Positions 1 through 6,505 of a DNA stretch of 32,000 nucleotides are shown here, in pieces (the first letter of the stretch is position 1; every line of letters starts with the position of its first letter). The translations under genes were made by a program, and so were the position numbers. Location: positions 420,001-452,000 of the forward strand of contig NC_006576.1 of the NCBI RefSeq assembly GCF_000010065.1. The letters are read 5' to 3'. The notes below the pieces were generated by a model. That model saw only the letters and a program-made list of their open reading frames with translations. It was not told the origin of the DNA and did not search any database. The DNA is from Synechococcus elongatus PCC 6301 (lineage in GTDB: Bacteria > Cyanobacteriota > Cyanobacteriia > Synechococcales > Synechococcaceae).

Positions 1-42
1 TCGGCTTTGGGGTCGAGCAAAAAACAGATTGAGAGCTGGCTA

Positions 43-1368
43 TTACAATTGCTGCGGTGGACTGAAGACCAGTTGCAATTGCAACGACCACTCGCGTCGC
101 GATCGCCGTTGGAGTTGAATCTCGCGGATAAATTCCCGAAAGAAAAAGCGCCGCTCCACTTCCGAAAGATCCTGCCAGAACTGGGGAATAGCAACGGCTT
201 GCACCAATTCCGGCAGATTGACGGGCGAGAGTTGGGCTTGGCGATCGCGAAGTTGCACCAGTTCCGTTTGAAGCTGAAGCCGTCGGATAGCAGCTGTCTC
301 CGCGTCGAGGATGCCCCGCGCTTCTAAATCTGGCAGTTCAACGCTCAGAATCTGCTGCAGTTCCGCTTGGCGACTAGCGATCGCAGACTTAGCCGGATTT
401 TGCTCTGGTTGACCCAGTGCTGAAACCGCGATCGGGAGTTCCTGGCAAATGGTTTGAATCACCGTTTGCAGGCACATATCGTAGGCGATCGCGCTGCAAC
501 GCGGGCTTTGTTGACAGGCAGCAGGCGATCGCAGATAAAGGTATTCACGGTCGCTGCGGTGGGGTTTGGTGCTGCCAACAATTAGATGCGCCTGACAGGT
601 TTGGCATTGCACCAGTCCGGCCAAGCAACGGGGTGCACTGGCAGTTTTGGGGGGGAGGCGTCGATTGCGCCGCAAAATGCGATCGATCTGCGCGGCTTCT
701 TCTCGCGATACCAAGGCGGGATGGGTGTCGGCCACGATCGCTCCACTGCCGTAGACCAAATCGCCGCGATAGGCCGGATGACTCAGCCAGCGGCGCACGG
801 TCATGACTGCGATCGCCCGCTGATGTTTTTGCGAGACATAGCGGGCAGCCCCTCGCAGGGAGCCATAAATCAGGAAATGCGCGACCCCATCTCGCACCAG
901 TGCAGCTGCAGCCCGATCGATCGCATAGCGATCTTTGCCGCGACGGTAGCCAAAGGGCGCAGGGCCGGGAGGTGGCAAGGCTTGCAATCGATTTCGGGCA
1001 TGACCAGCTTTTAACCGATCGCGTTGCTGCGATCGCTGTACTTCGGCCCAAAGTGGCAGTAAATCCAGTCCAGCAGCGGAATCGAGGGGGAGAGGTTCGT
1101 CTAAACCTACGATTTGCACTTGCACGGACTGTTGCTGACAGTGCTTCAGAACGGGCAACAAGGCATCAAGGCGATCGCCCAGATCGTGGAGTTGCCGAAG
1201 CCAAAGGCGATCGCCCGGCTGCAATTCCGTCAATAGCTGCTGTAACTGAGGGCGATCGGGGGCGGGCAATCGGTCACAAAAAACCCGATCGGGGGACTCT
1301 GGCCAAGTCTCGAGGGCAACCAGCGTTTCCCAAGTCGGATTCAAAGCGTAGTAGGCGACGATCGCCAC
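43..1368 (-). CDS. Large serine recombinase family protein with a degenerate resolvase-like N-domain, a Recombinase domain, a zinc ribbon and a coiled coil; probably catalytically inactive
   Basis: 441-aa ORF with a GTG start. The Recombinase-domain signature is PAPFGYRRGKDRYAIDRAAAALVRDGVAHFL...WLSHPAYRGDLVYG. A Cys-rich ribbon (LVQCQTCQAHL...CQQSPRC) and a C-terminal coiled coil follow. The N-terminus reads AIVAYYALNPTWE where YxRVSTxxQ is expected. Confidence 0.8.
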   Translation of the reverse strand: MAIVAYYALNPTWETLVALETWPESPDRVFCDRLPAPDRPQLQQLLTELQPGDRLWLRQLHDLGDRLDALLPVLKHCQQQSVQVQIVGLDEPLPLDSAAGLDLLPLWAEVQRSQQRDRLKAGHARNRLQALPPPGPAPFGYRRGKDRYAIDRAAAALVRDGVAHFLIYGSLRGAARYVSQKHQRAIAVMTVRRWLSHPAYRGDLVYGSGAIVADTHPALVSREEAAQIDRILRRNRRLPPKTASAPRCLAGLVQCQTCQAHLIVGSTKPHRSDREYLYLRSPAACQQSPRCSAIAYDMCLQTVIQTICQELPIAVSALGQPEQNPAKSAIASRQAELQQILSVELPDLEARGILDAETAAIRRLQLQTELVQLRDRQAQLSPVNLPELVQAVAIPQFWQDLSEVERRFFFREFIREIQLQRRSRREWSLQLQLVFSPPQQL

Positions 1369-1504
1369 GACCGTCCGTCAGTAGGCTACTTTTTCAGCCA
1401 GCTAAGCATAGCCCGCGGTTTTTTGCCCACCGACCCGATCGGATGCTCAGCTTCTAGGTAGCGAATGACGGTCATTTCAAGCCAAGGCGGATCCGAGCAG
1501 CCAA

Positions 1505-1589
1505 CTAAACTCTGATTTAGTTAGAGACTCAACTGACATCGATCGCCATCAACCGGATCGCACCCTTGAGGATCACTGCGATCGCAGCA
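1505..1589. repeat. Left copy of an 85-bp imperfect direct repeat (partner at 4246-4329)
   Basis: In a hand alignment 74 of 85 columns are identical (10 substitutions, 1 indel). The last 34 columns differ at one position. The copy contains a hairpin, AACTAAA-ctctga-TTTAGTT. Confidence 0.85.
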
Positions 1590-1655
1590 CTGCCACACTT
1601 CTTGTCACTATCAGCGGTAGAAGCAGGGGAAACACTCTAAGAAACCTATCGACAA

Positions 1656-1797
1656 TTGTGGTCACAATTAGGCGTGCAATTGGATGGCGATCGCCCGCCC
1701 GCTCACAACTTGTTATTAACGCGGCAGTGGTTATTTATTGTTCCGCTTAGTCGTGAAAGCCACCTGCCGATTAACGTCAATGCCTTGGGTTTCGCGG
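1656..1797 (+). pseudogene. Fragment resembling the C-terminal domain of ATP adenylyltransferase / Ap4A phosphorylase
   Basis: The translation PPAHNLLLTRQWLFIVPLSRESHLPINVNALGFA matches the family signature as I remember it (NLLLTrxWmLlVPRS...isvNaLGFAG). The similarity stops abruptly at 1797, at a GGATCGC junction. Only about 45 residues of a protein of about 290 aa are present. Confidence 0.45.
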
Positions 1798-1839
1798 ATC
1801 GCACCCGAAAGGCCAGGGGTTCGAATCCCCTTAGCTCCA
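1798..1839 (+). pseudogene. tRNA 3'-half remnant (T arm, 3' acceptor strand and discriminator A; no 5' half)
   Basis: AGGGG-TTCGAAT-CCCCT at 1815-1831 is followed by TAGCTCC and A. The matching 5' acceptor strand GGAGCTA is not present upstream. Confidence 0.6.
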
Positions 1840-1896
1840 TCTTTCAGGAATTGAATGACTGCGAATTGCAGGCTGATCGCAGTAGCGCTAAAGGGT

Positions 1897-1955
1897 GTTC
1901 AACAGCTCACAGATTAAGTTACCAAGAACTGTTATTGGTTGGGATGCTGTTAGGT
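1897..1955 (-). other. attC-like 59-bp recombination site downstream of the nuclease gene
   Basis: On the minus strand ACCTAAC (an R'' box, RYYYAAC) starts 8 nt after the stop codon. 45 nt of imperfect inverted repeat follow (AGC/GCT, TCCCA/TGTGA, ACCAA/TTGGT), and then GTTGAAC (an R' box, GTTRRRY). Confidence 0.4.
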
Positions 1956-1963
1956 TGCTGACG

Positions 1964-3388
1964 CTATTTCATTTTACTTGCAGAGGGAAAAACTCTTCCA
2001 TCAACAACAAAAATCTCTGGTGCCCTTTTACCGGCAGCCACTTGATCCTTCCTAAATTTGATTAGCTCCTCTAAAGCTTTAATGGACTCAGTGGTTCTAA
2101 TAATTAGAAAAATACTGTATTGCGTCCGCTCAGCAGCACCATATATGGGAAGTTGTTTCTCATAACCTGCTCTAATATTATTTGATGTGTATTTTATCTC
2201 AACATTCACTCGCGCATTGTAGCCACTAGAAATTTTAAAATCGACAGGACCCCGTCCAGCGTTAGGTTCTCTATTTAAATCTAGATTATGAGCACCGCAG
2301 TAGGCAACAGCTATACCAAAGAAAAGCAATTGTGCAAAACGCTCATTCCGCAGATTTTTTGACTCATCCCAAAAATGCACAGATAACCCATTAGCCTCAA
2401 CCAAAACTTTGAAATGATCACATATCTTGAGAATTAACTGAAGAATATTTTCAGGGGTTACTTTATCTACACCCAACAAGAGTGGATAAAGATTAGCATA
2501 CTCCCTTGCGATATCAAGCCAAATGAGCTGTCCTGATGGATCCTTGTCAAAATCGTATTTTTCAGCAGAGTTTTTCTTGTATTGTTCTACTAAATCTTTC
2601 AGTAATTCGGGATGATGAAGGAGAATATATTTCAACTCACATTTTGTGATTTTTCTTCTCTTCCCTGATGCATCTTTCCAAGAATCTCCGATGATTTCAT
2701 TTACACGATTACGCAAGTCTTCGTTATGAGCACAAACACGATCAATATCATCCCAACCATTTGCGACAGGAAGGTCATTGAGAATCTCGCAAGGGATCAA
2801 TACTGTAGGACGATTGCTACCAGCAATGGCTGGAAGTAAGAATTCCTTTCCACGTGCTTTTGCTTGACAGGTATTTAAACTAAGATTTTTAGCAACTCGT
2901 TCTGAGTAAGTTGGCAAGTCCAGAAGGATTATATGAATTGTCATATCGCTGATTCGATCAGCACCGATATTTTCTTCAATAAGACCAACTAGCTCAAAAA
3001 TAACTGGATCGGTTATGCCTGCTTGTATGATTTCCCAAGCAGTGTTGGTTAGATTTAGGGCAATTCCTGAACCGATACCACTACCTGATATACCCTCTGT
3101 AGAATAGCCTAAAGATACAAATGGTAGTTCTGGAAATATCAATTTTTTGTGCGCTGCACGAAAGAAGCTATCGCCAGAATGTTTGGTTGCCTCTAAAAGA
3201 TGAATGATTTTCGTGAAATGAGTTTTGAAACTTAGATATGAGTTCTCAAGCTCTGGAATTTTGGTGCTTCTAAGAAGATGGGGATCAACATAGAACTTGG
3301 AGTCAAGATCTATAAATCCATTAAATACTCCCTCTCTTCTCAGATCTTCTTCAGTAACCCCAAAGATCTCGCTTATTCTTCTAGGCAT
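1964..3388 (-). CDS. Orphan 474-aa protein with an unknown N-terminal domain and a C-terminal PD-(D/E)XK (RecB/Cas4-like) nuclease domain
   Basis: This is a long ORF in AT-rich DNA with no HIP1 sites. The C-terminus carries E349 (NERFAQ), GPVD383F, VE397IK399 and Q412LPIY416, which is the ordered E...D...ExK...QxxxY nuclease signature. I do not recognise the N-terminal 340 aa. Confidence 0.85.
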   Translation of the reverse strand: MPRRISEIFGVTEEDLRREGVFNGFIDLDSKFYVDPHLLRSTKIPELENSYLSFKTHFTKIIHLLEATKHSGDSFFRAAHKKLIFPELPFVSLGYSTEGISGSGIGSGIALNLTNTAWEIIQAGITDPVIFELVGLIEENIGADRISDMTIHIILLDLPTYSERVAKNLSLNTCQAKARGKEFLLPAIAGSNRPTVLIPCEILNDLPVANGWDDIDRVCAHNEDLRNRVNEIIGDSWKDASGKRRKITKCELKYILLHHPELLKDLVEQYKKNSAEKYDFDKDPSGQLIWLDIAREYANLYPLLLGVDKVTPENILQLILKICDHFKVLVEANGLSVHFWDESKNLRNERFAQLLFFGIAVAYCGAHNLDLNREPNAGRGPVDFKISSGYNARVNVEIKYTSNNIRAGYEKQLPIYGAAERTQYSIFLIIRTTESIKALEELIKFRKDQVAAGKRAPEIFVVDGRVFPSASKMK

Positions 3389-3515
3389 AAAACTACTGTA
3401 AATACTGATACAAGCCTAGCGTCAGGATCGATGACAGGAGCAAATTCTCTAAAAGCTTGATTTGTCAGAAATGACGAAAGCTATGGGAGTATCGTCCTAT
3501 CCCAAAATTAAAGTA

Positions 3516-3585
3516 ACCTAACGTTGAAATTCGGCGGACGGCAAAAGCATAGCTTTTGAAGGTCCGCTAGAATGACGTGTTAGCA
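3516..3585 (-). other. attC-like 70-bp imperfect palindrome whose R' box GTTAGGT marks the 5' boundary of the nuclease cassette
   Basis: The minus strand reads TGCTAAC-acgtcattcta-GCGGACC-tt-CAAAAGC-tat-GCTTTTG-cc-GTCCGCC-gaatttcaac-GTTAGGT. The stems are 3534-3539/3562-3567 and 3542-3548/3552-3558. The R'' box is non-canonical in its first two positions. Confidence 0.35.
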
Positions 3586-3609
3586 CATTGCACATGCATG
3601 CCAAGGAAT

Positions 3610-3640
3610 TGGTGCGGAGAGGGGGAATCGACCCCCCCTA
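3610..3640 (-). pseudogene. tRNA 3'-end remnant with encoded CCA (T arm and acceptor strand), of unclear parent tRNA
   Basis: The minus strand reads GGGGG-GTCGATT-CCCCC-TCTCCGC-A-CCA. The 3' end TCCGCACCA resembles tRNA-Leu. The two native tRNA genes in this window do not encode CCA. Confidence 0.55.
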
Positions 3641-4074
3641 CGTTCACTCTTGGCAAGCAGCACAAATTCATGAACGCTAATCTCTCGTTTGGGTTGGAAT
3701 TTTCTCTTTCCAGAGACTCCGCAGGAACGCAATTCCGCACCAAACACATGCCATTACCGAAGTAAAGAAAGCGATTGAGTTTTTCATAAACACCTCCAGA
3801 GCGATCGCAATAAAGCCAAAGATAGAAGCGAAGACTTCCAACCCAAACGAGACTACGACGTTCACTTCAATGTGTACTTGTACCTCCAAGCCTGTTTTGT
3901 CGGCACCGACTAGGTCAGCACTAACTATGTATTAAGCGTCAGATCCGTTAGATAACTACCTTGATGTCTGATTTTATGCACCGGATCTACGGGATAACGC
4001 CCGAATCTTAAGGAATTAATTATCATTATCGCCGGATAACACCGTGGTTTTGGGATGTTATCCAGCATTTACCT

Positions 4075-4250
4075 ATGTCATCACCACAACCACCGTGCTT
4101 GCTTGATCAGGTGAGAGAAGCAATTCGTCCTAAACATTTCAGCCTCAAGACCGATAAGTCGTATCTTTACTACATTCGAGATTTCATCCCATCCCACAAC
4201 AAGCGCCATCCTAGAAAGATGGGGAGCGACGAGATTCGAGCTTACCTAAC
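4075..4250 (+). pseudogene. Truncated integron-integrase-like (IntI/XerD-type) tyrosine recombinase; only the N-terminal SAM-like domain remains
   Basis: LLDQVREAIRPKHFSLKTDKSYLYYIRDFIPSHNKRHPRKMGSDEIRAYL parallels the IntI1 N-terminus as I remember it ([49 protein letters not shown]). Similarity ends at about aa 58, exactly where the right direct repeat begins. The catalytic domain is absent. Confidence 0.6.
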
Positions 4251-4329
4251 TCTGATTCAGTTAGCGATTCAACTGACATCAATTGCTAACAACTCGATCG
4301 CACGCTTGAGGATCACTGCGATCGCAGCA
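4246..4329. repeat. Right copy of the 85-bp imperfect direct repeat; overlaps the MFS stop codon and its last 5 codons
   Basis: See the alignment with 1505-1589. It contains a hairpin, CTAACT-ctgattc-AGTTAG. Confidence 0.85.
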
Positions 4330-5488
4330 ACAGGCCATGCAAACCGCCCATGGCGATCGCCAGCGGCAGAATCAGTAGCGGCACCACTGCTAAGCCAGCA
4401 CCACTAGCAACCCAGCCGATTCCGGCCGGAATCAGTGCTGACCCCACACTGGCCGCACTGGTTGCAAAACCAACCGTCGCTGGAACCAAGCCTTCTGGTA
4501 GGCGTTTGGGAATCAGCCAGATGATGGTGGGGAAAATGGCAGCCAGCACAAAGCCAATTAACGGCAAACTGATCAGCGACTGAGGCTGCTGCCACCAGCC
4601 AATCAGCCCAACCATCAGCAAGCCCAGTGAGAGGGTAATGGTGCGGAGTCCACCCAGCGATCGCAAGCTGTAGCTCAGCAAGAATCGACCTGCCGTCAAT
4701 CCCGGCCTGTAGGCACTCAGGCCATAGCCTGCCCAAAGAGCTGGTGTTGCCCGAGCGATCGTTTGGACGCTGTAAGCCCAGTGGCTAACCGAGGCTTCGA
4801 TGCCGACATAGATCAGCAGAAATGCCCCAAACAAGAACACGATCGGGGTGCGGAGCGATCGCCGAAGTTGCACATCGGCAGAGGCGGCAAGCAGGTCTGG
4901 ATTCTTGAGCAGGGGCGGGTAGCGATAGAAGAGCGCCGCCAATACGCCCACCAGAAGCAAGCTAGTGAGCATGGCGAGAACGCTGTAGACTTGCCGCCAC
5001 TCCAAGCCCAAAGCCAACAGTGTGGTCGCGATCGCAGGCCCGGCAAAAGCGCCAATGCCATAGAAGCCGTGCAGCGCTCCCAGCAAATGCGCCGTGCGAT
5101 CGTCCTGCACCAGCGTTGTGTTGATGCCTGCATCAATCAACCCAATGCCCATGCCCAGCAGTGGCCCCGCCAGCACCATCAGTAGCCAAGCCGGAACGAG
5201 GGCATAAATCAGTAGTGCGGCGGTTAGCAGACTTGCAGCCAAGACCAGCAATCGTCCTAGCCCTAGTCGTGCCATGACCAAACTGCTGGCGATCGCCGCG
5301 AGGATGTAGCCACAGATCTGACTGATAAACAGCAGCGTGATCGTGGCTGAGGTCAGCCCATACTCCGCCAGAATTGAGGGCAACAGGACACCAAGACTGG
5401 CTTCTGCTAAACCGATACTGATGAAGGCATAGAAGGCGATCGCCACACTGATCCAAAGTGGCGGTGATGACTGAGCGACGAGGCGCAT
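4313..5488 (-). CDS. MFS transporter
   Basis: 391-aa protein that is hydrophobic throughout. It has the appearance of a 12-TM protein with two six-helix halves. It is the last gene of a tightly spaced minus-strand cluster. Confidence 0.8.
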   Translation of the reverse strand: MRLVAQSSPPLWISVAIAFYAFISIGLAEASLGVLLPSILAEYGLTSATITLLFISQICGYILAAIASSLVMARLGLGRLLVLAASLLTAALLIYALVPAWLLMVLAGPLLGMGIGLIDAGINTTLVQDDRTAHLLGALHGFYGIGAFAGPAIATTLLALGLEWRQVYSVLAMLTSLLLVGVLAALFYRYPPLLKNPDLLAASADVQLRRSLRTPIVFLFGAFLLIYVGIEASVSHWAYSVQTIARATPALWAGYGLSAYRPGLTAGRFLLSYSLRSLGGLRTITLSLGLLMVGLIGWWQQPQSLISLPLIGFVLAAIFPTIIWLIPKRLPEGLVPATVGFATSAASVGSALIPAGIGWVASGAGLAVVPLLILPLAIAMGGLHGLLLRSQ

Positions 5489-5503
5489 GGCTCTAACTCC
5501 GGC

Positions 5504-5959
5504 TTAGCGATCGCGGTCTAAATGGGTCAGCGTAACGGCGACCAGCAACAGACCAATCGCAACAACGCGAGACGGGCTGATCGGTTGAGGGGTAAGGCCA
5601 AACCAACCCCATTGGTCAATAACCAAGGACATCACCAACTGACTGCAGACCACCGCGAGCATCGTGGTCGTGAGCCCTAGCCTGCCAATGACCAGCGTAT
5701 TCAGGGTCACGTAGACGGCTCCAAGGCCACCTCCACAAAATGCCCAGATCGGCACTTGTCCAAGGTGATCGAGGGATTGAGCACCAAACACACCCAGCAC
5801 TAAGAGCAGCGACAGGGTACTGGAGCCGACGATGAAGTTGATGGCTGTTGCTGCAATGGGAGACCGCAGCGTTTGCTTCAGTCGAGCGTTGGCTGCCGCT
5901 CCTATGGATAGCAACCCGCCGCCCGATCCAGCACCCAGTAATGCAATCAAAACATCCAT
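5504..5959 (-). CDS. Half-size DMT-superfamily membrane protein (DUF606/YdcZ-like)
   Basis: 151 aa with about 5 TM segments. The N-terminal pattern G..L.I.AA.NARL...L.SP..A..INF.VG is typical of YdcZ-type proteins. It lies 3 nt downstream of a paralogous gene. Confidence 0.7.
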   Translation of the reverse strand: MDVLIALLGAGSGGGLLSIGAAANARLKQTLRSPIAATAINFIVGSSTLSLLLVLGVFGAQSLDHLGQVPIWAFCGGGLGAVYVTLNTLVIGRLGLTTTMLAVVCSQLVMSLVIDQWGWFGLTPQPISPSRVVAIGLLLVAVTLTHLDRDR

Positions 5960-5962
5960 GAC

Positions 5963-6457
5963 TTAAGCCCTCGGTTGCAACAGAAAGAAGAGAGCGATCG
6001 CGAATAGCCCCAAAGCCGCCCGCCGCAGGGGTGTCAGGCGATGCCGAGGCACATTCAGCCAGCCGTAGTGATCCGTGATGACGCTGACGATCGCCTGTCC
6101 ACTGACCACCAGGCCGAGTGTCAGGGTGGTGCCCAGAACAGAGGCGAAGTGCGTACTCGAAAGGACGTACCAAGGCCCCAGTACACCCCCAAGCCAACTC
6201 CAGCAAGGCGCGTGGGCGATCGCAGACCAGCGCGGGCGTCCAAACCGACCGCTGAGTAGCAGGCTGACAAGAACAACAGTGCCAGTCACATAAGAGAGCG
6301 TCGCCGCCAGAGGGACAGAGTCGAGCGATCGCGCCAGCTGAGCATTGCAACTGACTTGAATTGGCAGGATGGCGCCACTGAGCAGAGCCAGCCCCAGAAA
6401 CAAACAGACTTGGCAGCGAGCAGCAATCTGCCGCCAACTGGAACGGAGCAAAATCAT
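5963..6457 (-). CDS. Half-size DMT-superfamily membrane protein (DUF606/YdcZ-like), paralog of the adjacent gene
   Basis: 164 aa with about 5 TM segments and the motif PIQVSCNAQLARSL.S...A...SY..G. The start codon is uncertain. Confidence 0.7.
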   Translation of the reverse strand: MILLRSSWRQIAARCQVCLFLGLALLSGAILPIQVSCNAQLARSLDSVPLAATLSYVTGTVVLVSLLLSGRFGRPRWSAIAHAPCWSWLGGVLGPWYVLSSTHFASVLGTTLTLGLVVSGQAIVSVITDHYGWLNVPRHRLTPLRRAALGLFAIALFFLLQPRA

Positions 6458-6505
6458 TGAGGGCTAGCCTCTGAATTGGCTGTGACTGGGTAGATGCCGG
6501 TTGCC

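Larger units (their letters stand above)
1590..4245. mobile_element. Mosaic insert bracketed by direct repeats, made of gene fragments, tRNA remnants, a low-GC cassette and a truncated integrase
   Basis: The segment lies between the two 85-bp repeats. The right repeat includes the last 17 nt of the MFS CDS, and those 17 nt are duplicated in the left repeat. The interior is AT-rich and free of HIP1 over 1695-3800. Confidence 0.5.

Noticed and set aside
1859-1882. A possible further attC or next cassette downstream of the 59-bp site (CTGCGA...TCGCAG inverted repeat).
   Set aside because: No RYYYAAC/GTTRRRY pair flanks it. I also found no GTTCAAC-complementary box further left that would close a second cassette. 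The array appears to end at the tRNA remnant.
3610-3722. A full-length tRNA gene on the minus strand. GCGGAG at 3722-3717 can pair with CTCCGC next to the CCA end.
   Set aside because: The span is 113 nt, too long even for a class II tRNA. I cannot draw a D arm or an anticodon arm, and position 8 is not U. I report only the 3' remnant. The tRNA-like RNA idea is mentioned in a finding.

A group I intron would need far more sequence than this.
3677-3889. A 70-aa hydrophobic ORF on the minus strand between the cassette and the integrase remnant.
   Set aside because: It overlaps the tRNA-like remnant and an equally long ORF on the other strand. It has no recognisable motif or start context. It could be a small membrane peptide, but I cannot support that.
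5616-6437. A 273-aa ORF on the minus strand spanning both DMT genes, together with many other long ORFs overlapping real genes. Examples are 7-327, 417-806, 545-1051, 586-1014, 900-1457, 4763-5185, 6731-7291, 13246-13740, 14227-14610, 19548-20105 and 21168-21548.
   Set aside because: These are alternative-frame or antisense ORFs within high-GC genes. Their translations are rich in Arg, Ala, Gly and Pro and of low complexity. The overlapping frames carry clear family motifs.
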